DNA of 64,000 nucleotides, from contig SHVT01000001.1 in assembly GCA_009694125.1 (NCBI GenBank), positions 6,105 to 70,104 on the forward strand. The letters run 5' to 3'. The DNA is from Rhodospirillaceae bacterium (GTDB taxonomy: Bacteria > Pseudomonadota > Alphaproteobacteria > CACIAM-22H2). A model generated the notes under the pieces. The model searched no databases and was not told where the DNA came from. It saw nothing but the letters and a program-made list of their open reading frames with translations. Shown piece after piece: positions 39,475-48,342 of the stretch. The stretch's first letter is position 1. Every line of letters starts with the position of its first letter. The translations under genes and the position numbers were made by a program.

Positions 39475-40187
39475 GCGCGCGTTGCCTCCTTCTGATCCGC
39501 CTGCCAGGCGCGTGCGATCTCGACGATGCGGTCGAACGCCATGGTTTCCGGCGGGCCGTCGTAACGCGCCACGATCCAGCGGGCCATGGCCAAATCCGCC
39601 GGCGTATCCACAGTGAGATTGACGCCCGCATAAAGTCCGGGCGGCGCGGTCAGGTTGACGATGCTGAATCGCTCCGGGTGGGCGTAGATAAACCGCGTGA
39701 CGTGCTCGCGGTCTTCGGCGTCGGTGGTTTCTCCGAGCACGCGCCGCAGCGTCTCCGTCGCGACCACTTCGACGCTGTCTCCTGGAGGGAAGCTGCGCGG
39801 AAACACATTGGTCACCATTTCGGCGCCGCCTGCGCCATTGGCGGCGACCGCGCGATCGATCAGGACGGGATCGATGAAGGGGCTATCGCCGGAGATTCGC
39901 ACGACGTGCGAAAGTCCGAACGCATCGGCGCATTCGATGCAACGGCGCAACACATCGTCGGCTTGTCCGCGAAACACCGGAACCCCGAGCAACCCGCCAA
40001 GGGTAGTGATGGGTGAATCGACATCGCGGTCGCTCGTGGCCAGCACCACAAGTTGCGGCGCGCGAGCGGCGGCGACGCGGGCGAGGACATGGGCAAGCAA
40101 CGGCCGGTCGCCGAGGGGTGCGAGCGCCTTGCCCGGCAGACGCCGCGAATCGAAACGGGCGAGGACGAGAGCGCCCGTCGTGCTCAC
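39471..40187 (-). CDS. Sugar cytidylyltransferase (acylneuraminate cytidylyltransferase / SpsF-PseF-like family)
   Basis: The N-terminus LVLARFDSRRLPGKALAPLGDRPLL is typical of CMP-sugar synthetases. The GTG start overlaps the upstream TGA (GTGA). Confidence 0.65.
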   Translation of the reverse strand: MSTTGALVLARFDSRRLPGKALAPLGDRPLLAHVLARVAAARAPQLVVLATSDRDVDSPITTLGGLLGVPVFRGQADDVLRRCIECADAFGLSHVVRISGDSPFIDPVLIDRAVAANGAGGAEMVTNVFPRSFPPGDSVEVVATETLRRVLGETTDAEDREHVTRFIYAHPERFSIVNLTAPPGLYAGVNLTVDTPADLAMARWIVARYDGPPETMAFDRIVEIARAWQADQKEATRA

Positions 40188-41265
40188 GCCCCGGAGACCG
40201 AGCGCTTCGCCCGCTCCCATTCCGCGACGTACCATTCGCAATAACGTTTGTAGCCGTCTTCGAGCGGCCAACGTGCCTTGAACCCAAGCTCGCGTTCGGC
40301 GCGTTCGGTGGACAGCGTGCCGCGAATGGGTTTGTCCTCGGCGCGTGGCCGCTCCTCGAGAATGGCCCCCGGCACGACCGATTTGACCACCTTCGCGAGT
40401 TCGAGAATGGTGCGGGCGCGTCCAAAAGTGATGTTGTAGGTGGACGATGAAATCGGGCCGACATGCAGCGCGAGCGCGCGGACCAAACCGTCCACGAGGT
40501 CGCCGATATAGGTAAAATCAAGCCGGCCGTCCCCGCCGCCTTCGAGCAGCAACGGCTTCCCGACCAACGCGTTTTCGATGAACATTTGGCTCACGCGCCG
40601 GCTGATGCACCGTTCGCCGTAAAGCGCGCTCGGGCGAATGATGGTCGTGCCGAGATTGTATTGATCGCGATAGACGCGAACTAACCGCTCGGCCATGAAC
40701 TTGGTATTGGCATAGATGCCCTTGGGCCGCGGCCGCGCGGATTCATCCACCGTCGGCGTCTCGAAATCGCCATAGACCGTGGACGAACTCATCAGCAGCA
40801 CCTGGTTGAGGTCCTTGGCCGCGAACAGCCGGCTCAATTCAAGCACGTTGCGCAGGGTCAGCAACTGCACGTCAAAGCAGAGTCCGGGATTCTTGCGGGC
40901 GTCGACCGCGCTCGAAATCGCGGACAGATGAACGACCTTGGTCGGGAGGAATTCCTGAAACAGAAGCTCGATATCGAAAACATGGCGGGCGTCGGCGTTG
41001 CGAAGATGGATGCCGGCCTCGTGCATCATCGCGAAGCGATCGAGCAAAAACGTCTGGTAGGCCTGGCGCTGAACGGGATGGCGTTCGCGCACATAGACGC
41101 TGTCGACCAAGCTGTTGAGCAGAGGTTGTCGACGACCATGACCGCCGCGCCCAGTCGCGCGAGCTCCAGGGCCAGGTTGTGGCCGATGAAGCCGGCGCCG
41201 CCGACGAGAAGAATCCTCTGGTCGGCCAAACGCTGGCGCATGGAATCGTAAGGGATGTCGGTCAT
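40184..41265 (-). pseudogene. NAD-dependent epimerase/dehydratase (SDR) with an apparent 1-nt frameshift near 41118-41130
   Basis: The N-terminal frame reads MTDIPYDSMRQRLADQRILLVGGAGFIGHNLALELARLGAAVMVVDNL. The other frame continues NSLVDSVYVRERHPVQRQAY…STVYGD…YANTK… to the stop at 40184. There is no homopolymer at the junction. Confidence 0.5.
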
Positions 41266-41301
41266 GCGGGGTCCCCCCGGTTGCCTCTGGCGAGGATACG
41301 C

Positions 41302-42456
41302 TTAGAGCCTGGCGGCGGCGACAGCATCCTTGAAGGCGCGAGCGACTCGGGCGGCGTCGTCGGCCGTGAGATGCGGACCCACCGGCAGCGAAATGGTCTG
41401 CGCAGCCAGCCATTCGGCGATGGGGAATTGCCCCGGTCGGTAGCCGTATTTGTCCCGGTAATAGCGGAACAGGGGAACCGCCGATGGGTAATGCACGCTC
41501 GATCCGATGCCGCGCGCCGTCAGGGCCGCCACGATCTTGTCGCGATCGAGCCGACCGTCGCGGGGCAATACCGCGTTCAGGCAATAATGGGACGAGACGG
41601 CCTTGCCTTGGACCGCTTCGAATACGGTGACTTCGCCGAGGTCCGAGAGGCCGGCCTTCAGCACGCGGTAGTTTTCCGCGCGGCGTTTTTGGAAGGCATC
41701 GAGTTTGTCGAGTTGGGCGAGCCCGACGGCCGCCTCGATTTCGTTCATGCGGTAATTGTAGCCGAGGGTATTGACGTCATAGATGCCCGGCCGCGCCCTT
41801 TCGCCGATCGCCTTGTCGTAGCCGAAGGCGCGCCGTTGGCGAATCGACGCCGCCAGCCCGTCGTCGTCGGTGGTCACCATGCCGCCTTCGATCGTGGTCA
41901 TGTGTTTGATCGGATAGAACGAGAAGCAGGCCGAATCCCCCAATGTGCCGACTTTGCGGCCGTCATAGACCGCATCCAGGGCCAGCGCGGCATCTTCGAT
42001 GAGGAGCGCACCGGCGCGTTCGGCGAGGGGTCGAATTCGATCCATCTGGCAGGGCAGCCCGAGGTAATGAACGACCGTGATCGCCTTGGTTCGCGCGGTC
42101 ACGGCCGAAGCCACGCCGGCCGGATCGATGTTTCCGGAGTCGGGTGCCACGTCGACGAAGACCGGCCGGGCGCCGCAATATTCGGCGGCATGGGCGGTGG
42201 CAACATGGGTCATCGCCGGCACGATGACCTCATCCCCCGGACCGATGCCCTTGACGAACAGCGATAGGTGGAGTCCGGCGGTGCACGACGACACGGCGAT
42301 GGCGTGGCGGGCGCCCGCCCGCTCCGCGAACCGATGTTCCAGGTCGTGGGTCAGCGGGCCGTGAACCACGGTCGTGCCCTGAAGGACCCGTGTCACGGCG
42401 GCAATTTCGGCGGCGTCGAACATCGGACGCCCAAAGGGGATGGGGTGGTCGCTCAT
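41302..42456 (-). CDS. DegT/DnrJ/EryC1/StrS family PLP-dependent sugar aminotransferase
   Basis: 384 aa. The PLP-lysine region is …DSACFSFYPIKHMTTIEGGMVTT…. Confidence 0.85.
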   Translation of the reverse strand: MSDHPIPFGRPMFDAAEIAAVTRVLQGTTVVHGPLTHDLEHRFAERAGARHAIAVSSCTAGLHLSLFVKGIGPGDEVIVPAMTHVATAHAAEYCGARPVFVDVAPDSGNIDPAGVASAVTARTKAITVVHYLGLPCQMDRIRPLAERAGALLIEDAALALDAVYDGRKVGTLGDSACFSFYPIKHMTTIEGGMVTTDDDGLAASIRQRRAFGYDKAIGERARPGIYDVNTLGYNYRMNEIEAAVGLAQLDKLDAFQKRRAENYRVLKAGLSDLGEVTVFEAVQGKAVSSHYCLNAVLPRDGRLDRDKIVAALTARGIGSSVHYPSAVPLFRYYRDKYGYRPGQFPIAEWLAAQTISLPVGPHLTADDAARVARAFKDAVAAARL

Positions 42457-42471
42457 TGGGTTTGGGTCCGC

Positions 42472-43473
42472 TCAGATGAGATAGGAGACTTTCACGGTGC
42501 GGCGTTGATGAATCGATTCCCAGGCGGCAAAGCACACATCCATGACACGGAAAACGTCGGTTGCGGAGACCCCCGGCTCGCGGCCCTCGCGAATGGAGGC
42601 AACAAAGTCGGGGATAAGGTCGCCCTTTTCCATGCCGGGATAGGGGGCGGTTTCCTGAGTTTCGTCCTCCGGGTTGTCGCCGCTGAAAATCTTCGCATGC
42701 GGCGTGTCGTTGATGAAGGTCTTCCGCGTTCCATAGACGTTCAACGCATGGAATTTCGGGCGAGCCGGACCGAAATTGGTGGTGGTCTTGGCGAGCGTGC
42801 CGCCCTCGAACCGCAGCAGGTTGACGAGCAGGTCGTCATAGGGATAACGGCTGCCTCGGGTCAGGATCTTGTTGCCCATGCCGCACACCTCCTCGACCTC
42901 GCGGCCGATCAGCCAGCGCATCAGGTCGATCAGATGGATACCCCCGCCATAGGTCACGCAGTAAAAGGCCATGCGACCCCGCCAGCCCTCGGTGATTTTG
43001 TGCAGGATCTGATGGATGTAGTCGGCCTCGAGATAGACCAGTTCGCCGAACTCGCCAGCCTCGATCATGCGCCGCAACTTGAGAAAGCGAGGACTGGCGC
43101 GAAGGATAAGGTTTGAACTGAGTTTCCGTTTGCTGTCCTGCCAGGCGCGGCAGAGTTTGGCGGCGTCGTCGCGGAACAAAGCTATGGGTTTTTCGATCAT
43201 CACGTGTTTGCCGCTATTTAAGCAGGCAATGGCTTGCTCGGCATGTGCGTCGTCGTATGAACAAATCGAAACGATGTCGATGTCGGGCGCTTCGGCCAAA
43301 CGGCGCCAATCGGTGAAACGTTGCCCGATGCCGTGACGATCGCCCACCTCGCCCAGCTTTTCGGGGTTGATGTCGCAAATCGCGACGACCTCGCAGTTTG
43401 GTGTGCGGCGATAGCTCTTCAGATGTTGTTCGCCGACCCCTAGACCGATGACACCCGTGCGCAGAGTCTTCAT
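42472..43473 (-). CDS. Gfo/Idh/MocA family sugar oxidoreductase
   Basis: N-terminal Rossmann MKTLRTGVIGLGVGEQHL…EKP motif. Confidence 0.8.
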   Translation of the reverse strand: MKTLRTGVIGLGVGEQHLKSYRRTPNCEVVAICDINPEKLGEVGDRHGIGQRFTDWRRLAEAPDIDIVSICSYDDAHAEQAIACLNSGKHVMIEKPIALFRDDAAKLCRAWQDSKRKLSSNLILRASPRFLKLRRMIEAGEFGELVYLEADYIHQILHKITEGWRGRMAFYCVTYGGGIHLIDLMRWLIGREVEEVCGMGNKILTRGSRYPYDDLLVNLLRFEGGTLAKTTTNFGPARPKFHALNVYGTRKTFINDTPHAKIFSGDNPEDETQETAPYPGMEKGDLIPDFVASIREGREPGVSATDVFRVMDVCFAAWESIHQRRTVKVSYLI

Positions 43474-44216
43474 TCGCGGCGAGCCATGGGGGTCAGGTGA
43501 AAGGTGACGGCCTCATCGACGACGGCGAAGGCAAATCGCCGATAAAGCCGGTTGGAGGGAAGGTTCGATGCCTGCGTGCCGGCGCGCATTACTTCGGCGC
43601 GGCCGTCATAGTGGCGCAAGGCGCCGGCGACGAGCGCCGCGCCCAAACCGCGCCCGCGTTGGTCCTGGGCGACGGCGATCAGATCGATGGTCACTTCCGA
43701 CCCGGCCAACCGGCAGATAACGAATCCGGCAATCGCATCGGCTGGGCACGCCACATGGATCGAATCGGCGCGGCCGTCGAAGGCATTGGCCACCCATTTC
43801 GCCTTGATCTCATCGGCGACCGAACGTTCGATTTCCGGGTCGACATGATAGCGATCATAACCGAATGCCGTGCGTGCGATAGCCACACATGCCGCCGCGT
43901 CGATCGCGGTCGCCGGTCGGACGCCGGGCGCCGCCGAGGGCGCCGGTCGCAGCGGTCGGCTGTAGGTGACGAGAGTTTCAATCGGCCGGAAACCGCCGCG
44001 CTCAAGGGCAGAAGCAAGATCCTGACGGGCGGCGGGGATACGACAGGATACGAGGCGGGCTCCGGCGCCACGGGCCTCCTCGACCAGGACACGCACCTCG
44101 TCACCGCCGGGGCTGGCGGACTGTGCCGGAAACGACAATCGAAAGACCGGCCCTCCGAGAATCCCCGATTCAAAGGGCTCCGGCCGCAGCACGGCGGCGG
44201 AGGTGGTTGTGCTCAT
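43470..44216 (-). CDS. GNAT family N-acetyltransferase (sugar N-acetyltransferase, PseH-like in role)
   Basis: Acetyl-CoA-binding motif VAQDQRGRGLGAALV. The start MSTTT overlaps the upstream methyltransferase stop (ATGA). Confidence 0.65.
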   Translation of the reverse strand: MSTTTSAAVLRPEPFESGILGGPVFRLSFPAQSASPGGDEVRVLVEEARGAGARLVSCRIPAARQDLASALERGGFRPIETLVTYSRPLRPAPSAAPGVRPATAIDAAACVAIARTAFGYDRYHVDPEIERSVADEIKAKWVANAFDGRADSIHVACPADAIAGFVICRLAGSEVTIDLIAVAQDQRGRGLGAALVAGALRHYDGRAEVMRAGTQASNLPSNRLYRRFAFAVVDEAVTFHLTPMARRE

Positions 44217-45082
44217 CGCGAAGCGGCTGGTGCGAGGAAAGCGCGAAGCGTGAACTTTCCGCTCGGCTCGCGCAGCCGGCGCACAAGATTGGCGCGGCAA
44301 CCGGCCCGCGCGGCAAGCAGGCTCAACGACGTCAGGCTGAAGGCGCAATGATGTTCGACAAAAAACTCTTCGCGCTCCGGCCCCGCCGAAAGCGCCGCCT
44401 CGCCGTCGGGAACCTCCACATAAACGATGCCGCCCGGCGCGGCCAGGGTCGCGGCACGGGCCAGCATCTCGACCATATTCGGAACGTGTTCGATCACCTT
44501 GTTCAGGGTAACAAGCGTGAAGCGGCCGGAAATCGGCGCGGTCATGAAATCGCCGCAGATTGCGGTCATACCGGCGACGTCATTGGCGTGGCGCACGGCG
44601 GCCGGGTCGGGATCGATTCCCGCACATTGCCACCCCGCCGCGCGCATCGCCGCCCCGAATACCGCCAGGCCGGACCCGACATCGAACAATCTGCGTGGCA
44701 AGGCGCCAGCATGTTCACCCGCATAAGCCAGTATCTCGGCGACCCTGTGCCGATTGTCGGAACGATCCGGGGGCAGCGCCATGATCCGGTCGAAAACCTG
44801 CCGCCGGCGATCGCCATAGGTGGCGGTGGCATAGGCACCGGAATAGATGCGATCCAGGTCCATGGCATGACGGTTGACGACATGGCCGCAATTGTCGCAC
44901 CGCCACAATTCGCGGCGATAGTTGGGCAGTCCGAAATCGGTTTCGCCGGGTGGCGGCGCGGTGAATCGATGGCAGAAGCTGTGGCTTGCGCCGCCACACA
45001 AACCGCAGGGTTCAACCGAGGACGTCGCCGCCGCCAAGGCTACCAAGTCCAATCCTCGATCAGGAAATCCGGGATCCGCCAT
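44213..45082 (-). CDS. Class I SAM-dependent methyltransferase with an N-terminal CxxC…CxxC zinc ribbon
   Basis: CGLCGG…CDNCGH, then the SAM motif LFDVGSGLAVFG. Confidence 0.7.
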   Translation of the reverse strand: MADPGFPDRGLDLVALAAATSSVEPCGLCGGASHSFCHRFTAPPPGETDFGLPNYRRELWRCDNCGHVVNRHAMDLDRIYSGAYATATYGDRRRQVFDRIMALPPDRSDNRHRVAEILAYAGEHAGALPRRLFDVGSGLAVFGAAMRAAGWQCAGIDPDPAAVRHANDVAGMTAICGDFMTAPISGRFTLVTLNKVIEHVPNMVEMLARAATLAAPGGIVYVEVPDGEAALSAGPEREEFFVEHHCAFSLTSLSLLAARAGCRANLVRRLREPSGKFTLRAFLAPAASR

Positions 45083-46155
45083 TTGCCCTTGTCATTGAGC
45101 CAGATTTCCCGGTTGCGGAAGCCCTTGGTCACATCCCAGAACCAGGCTTCCTTCTCGCCGAGAAATTCGCAAAAGGCCGCGATGTCGGCGGTTGGTACCT
45201 GGAGGCCGATTTTTTTCAATGTCACCAGAGCCTCGTCCCGGCTAAGGAGACCGTAGCGAATTTGCGACGAAAGATCGTCGAAAGCGCGCGTGAACCCGAA
45301 TTTGTACCATTTCAGGAAGTGATGGATCGACAGGAACTGGCAGTCGAGATCGGCGAACGCCCAGACACCAACCTTGAGATAATCGCTGCCGGAAACGAAA
45401 CCGCGGGCGGCGGCCAGACGTGCGTTCTCGAACGAGTTCCACTTGAAAAATGTACCCAGAAAGATCGAATCCGTCATGAATTCGGCTTCGTCGGGAAGCT
45501 GGTAGGGCGTCAATTCCTGCGCAGTGAGACCCTCCGCACCGATCCAGTCATTCGGGCGCGTTCCGAAAAGGCAGCCATGTTTGGCCAGCCAACCGCGATC
45601 CAGCCTGGTCGCGAATCGCTCTTCCTCCTTGCCGCCATATTCAAGCTGCGGGTTCTCGCCCCAGACGATGAGGGGTATGCGGAGTTTGACCGCCAGACGC
45701 AGCGGAATCGCGAACAACGCCATGTGCATGGGCAGCCCGCTGATACCTTTGCGGGTGAAGGCGGCCTTCATGAAACGGCGCTCGACATCGGGGTCGATGC
45801 TGTAATCGATATGGTCGATACCGAGCCGGGCAATCATGCTGTCGAGATTGCGCTGGCCGACCGCGGTGCGCCCGGGCGTGCGCCATGTAATTCCCAGAAC
45901 CTTCAGCCCGGCCTCCTGGCACCGTATCACCTGATACCAGCTATCCTTGCCGCCGCTGACCGGAACGATGCAGTCATAACCCGTGGACCGCGCCTTGGCC
46001 GACGCCACGATTTCCTGGAACGCCGCGGCTCGCGCCGGCCAATCGATTCGCGTTTCCTTGTCGGCATGGCCGGCGCAGGCGGAACAAACGCCGCGATCGT
46101 CGATGGTTATTCCCGGGCGCGTATCGGGCAATATGCAGCGGGAGCAGTATCTCAT
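45040..46155 (-). CDS. N-acetyl sugar amidotransferase (PP-loop ATP pyrophosphatase; WbuX/PseA/LfnA-like family, forming acetamidino sugars)
   Basis: N-terminal Cys cluster CSRCILPDTRPGITIDDRGVCSAC. PP-loop CIVPVSGGKDS. Confidence 0.75.
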   Translation of the reverse strand: MRYCSRCILPDTRPGITIDDRGVCSACAGHADKETRIDWPARAAAFQEIVASAKARSTGYDCIVPVSGGKDSWYQVIRCQEAGLKVLGITWRTPGRTAVGQRNLDSMIARLGIDHIDYSIDPDVERRFMKAAFTRKGISGLPMHMALFAIPLRLAVKLRIPLIVWGENPQLEYGGKEEERFATRLDRGWLAKHGCLFGTRPNDWIGAEGLTAQELTPYQLPDEAEFMTDSIFLGTFFKWNSFENARLAAARGFVSGSDYLKVGVWAFADLDCQFLSIHHFLKWYKFGFTRAFDDLSSQIRYGLLSRDEALVTLKKIGLQVPTADIAAFCEFLGEKEAWFWDVTKGFRNREIWLNDKGKWRIPDFLIEDWTW

Positions 46156-46460
46156 TGAGATCGCATCCGGTCTGTTGTTTCGGCGGAAGGCCGTGGTTCA
46201 CGATAGGGTGCGATGGTAAATGATTGGTTTATGAATATGACCGCGATCGCGCCTTTGGCCGCCGGGCGGCCAGCACCACTAGTGGCATATTTGCAACGTA
46301 CTCTTCGCCGATTAACTGTATCTCTAATTCCCCTTGAGTTGGGCCCGCCAACGCGGTAGAGCCTATAGCCTAGTGGTTCCTGCCTGACGAAAGAGTCCTG
46401 GTTGGGATTCCCCTCGTGCGTTGCACGTGCGAGTCTGGCGCATGCGCACCGGGATATCCA

Positions 46461-46814
46461 TCACCGGCCCGCCGATGCACTTTCTCTCCGGCGTTGACAC
46501 ACCAGTGTTAGATCGATGGCCGCGCCGCGAGAATGCGGGGAGCCGCGCCGTGGATCGGCGAGGAAATCGGGATCCGGGCGAAACCGCCACATCTTCCATT
46601 GGGCCTCGAGCGGCCGGTAGGCGTCGAATACCTTCAGGCGCAGTCCCAATTCACCGGCAAGCTCGGTGGTTCGCAACAAGCGCGATGCGGCCTCTTCATT
46701 CAGGTAACACGCTGGCTGTCGATAGATCGCATTGCCGGTGAAATTGTCCGTCGTTGCATAGGCGATGCTGGCGATCACGCCGAATCGCGGTTGTGTGATG
46801 TCGACAAGATTCAT
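46461..46814 (-). pseudogene. D-Ala-D-Ala dipeptidase (M15D / VanX-DdpX-like), C-terminally truncated
   Basis: …AYATTDNFTGNAIY…FDAYRP…SPHSRGAAIDLTL are present (the first Zn ligands of the SxHxxGxAxD motif). The ORF stops ~12 codons later, so the ExxH catalytic/Zn motif and the last ~80 residues are missing. A 250-bp AT-richer non-coding stretch follows. Confidence 0.5.
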
Positions 46815-46897
46815 AAGCGCGCACCCTCCTTGCCAGGGACCGTTGTCGCGGCAGGGTGTACCATGGCCTGCGCTTTCGCGGGACGAGATCGGACATC

Positions 46898-47569
46898 ATG
46901 AATATTCTCGCGGTCGATAGTGCAACGAAGGCTTGCTCCGCGGCCGTTTGGCAGGGTGATCGGATCGGCGCGCGGTGTTTTGTACCAACGGTTCGCGGCC
47001 ATGCCGAGATGCTGATTCCCATGGTAGGCGGGGTCATGATGGAGGCCGGCCTTAGGTTTTCGGATCTCGATCGGCTGGCGGTGACGATTGGCCCCGGCCA
47101 TTTCACCGGCCTGCGTGCCGGTCTGGCCGCGATTCGCGGCGTCGCCTTGGCCTCGGGTCTGCCAGTGATTGGGATGACGACACTTTTGGCCGTTGCGCAC
47201 GGCGTCGCCCTGGAGACACGGTTGGGTCGGCGAATCGTGGCGGCATTGGAATCAAAGCGCGCTGAGCTTTACGTCCAGGTGTTTGACGAGCGGTTGGTGC
47301 CGCTGTCCGCGCCCCTGGCGCTAACGCCGATGGCGGCCGCGGCAAACTTGCGCGGCCCTGTTCTCCTTGTCGGTGATGGCGCAATCCGTCTGATGGCGGC
47401 TTTGGCTGATGGGCAGGCAGAGTTCGCCGATGCCGGCGCCTGGCCGGATGCCGGCGTTGTCGCCAGGGCGGCGGCGGCTTTGCCCGAGCCAACCGCGGGG
47501 GACCATCCGACGCCTCTTTATCTCCATCCCGTCGAAGCCCAAATTCCGGCGTCGGACGGGGGGCGCTGA
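46898..47569 (+). CDS. tsaB: tRNA threonylcarbamoyladenosine biosynthesis protein TsaB
   Basis: MNILAVDSATKACSAAVW… matches the YeaZ/TsaB N-terminus. Confidence 0.8.
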   Translation: MNILAVDSATKACSAAVWQGDRIGARCFVPTVRGHAEMLIPMVGGVMMEAGLRFSDLDRLAVTIGPGHFTGLRAGLAAIRGVALASGLPVIGMTTLLAVAHGVALETRLGRRIVAALESKRAELYVQVFDERLVPLSAPLALTPMAAAANLRGPVLLVGDGAIRLMAALADGQAEFADAGAWPDAGVVARAAAALPEPTAGDHPTPLYLHPVEAQIPASDGGR

Positions 47570-47571
47570 CC

Positions 47572-48075
47572 ATGAACCAAAGACTACCGCGGCCGATGCG
47601 AGCCGCCGATGTGTCGGCTGTGGCCGCGCTCTACAAACAATGCCTTTCGGAAACCTGGAGCGCGGCTTCCATGGGGCAGTTCATATCGCGTACGGGTGTG
47701 ATCGCCCTCTTGATGGAAGATCCGGATGTCTTCCCCGGGGATCCCGTGGCGTTTATGATTGCTCGCGTGGTCGGGGAAGACGGGGAGATTCTGTCGCTCG
47801 GCGTTCTTAGCCAACGCCGTCGGCGCGGCGTTGCCGCGCGGCTGGTCACCGCCATCTTGCGGCGGGCAGCGGCCATGGGCGCGCGCCAGATCTTCCTTGA
47901 AGTCGCGGAGGACAATAATGCGGCACGCGCGTTATATGCCGGGCTTGGCTTTGACGTTGTCGGCCGGAGAACTGCCTATTATCGCCGCCGCGACGCCGCA
48001 CCCGTCGATGCCTTGACGATGAGCCGCAAGCTGGCGCAAGAGGCGGAGATCGTCTCCACGCTTCGTCGGCGTTGA
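47572..48075 (+). CDS. rimI: Ribosomal-protein-alanine N-acetyltransferase RimI (GNAT)
   Basis: GNAT motif QRRRRGVAARLV. It follows tsaB, as in the conserved tsaB-rimI arrangement. Confidence 0.75.
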   Translation: MNQRLPRPMRAADVSAVAALYKQCLSETWSAASMGQFISRTGVIALLMEDPDVFPGDPVAFMIARVVGEDGEILSLGVLSQRRRRGVAARLVTAILRRAAAMGARQIFLEVAEDNNAARALYAGLGFDVVGRRTAYYRRRDAAPVDALTMSRKLAQEAEIVSTLRRR

Positions 48076-48094
48076 TCCGGGGTGGTTGCGCCTT

Positions 48095-48130
48095 CTTGGC
48101 AAATTTGTCTCAAGACCGTCATTTGCCAGG
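48095..48130. promoter_or_regulatory. Inverted repeat CTTGGCAAAT-N16-ATTTGCCAGG between rimI and fur
   Basis: 9 of 10 positions are complementary. There is no T-tract. It could be an operator or an RNA stem. Confidence 0.35.
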
Positions 48131-48190
48131 CGGCGCTTTCGCTCATATAAGTCGCATTGTCCGCATCGTAGGGCACGTTTTGGCACCGAG

Positions 48191-48201
48191 TAATGAATCA
48201 T
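48191..48201. promoter_or_regulatory. Fur-box-like palindrome TAATGAATCAT upstream of fur (possible autoregulation site)
   Basis: Resembles a half-overlapping GATAATGATAATCATTATC Fur box. It sits ~140 nt upstream of the predicted fur start. Confidence 0.3.
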
Positions 48202-48342
48202 CCTCGACTCGCGAGCCCAACCCCCGCTGGCGTTCCTTGCCCAAATAAACCCGCACCAGCGGGTTTTGTACCCGGCGGCGCCACTTCGATATATACTTTC
48301 CTCGATACGATCCGATACGGGTGGGTGGCCTTGCCGGTGGAA

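Noticed and set aside
46330-46460. Possible tRNA or tRNA-remnant (attachment site) next to the island: CAACGCG…GGTTGGGATTCC…CGTGCGTTG
   Set aside because: A 7-bp acceptor-like stem can be drawn. However, no D-arm, no anticodon arm and no T-arm (the T-stem strands are not complementary) can be formed. It is not a tRNA.
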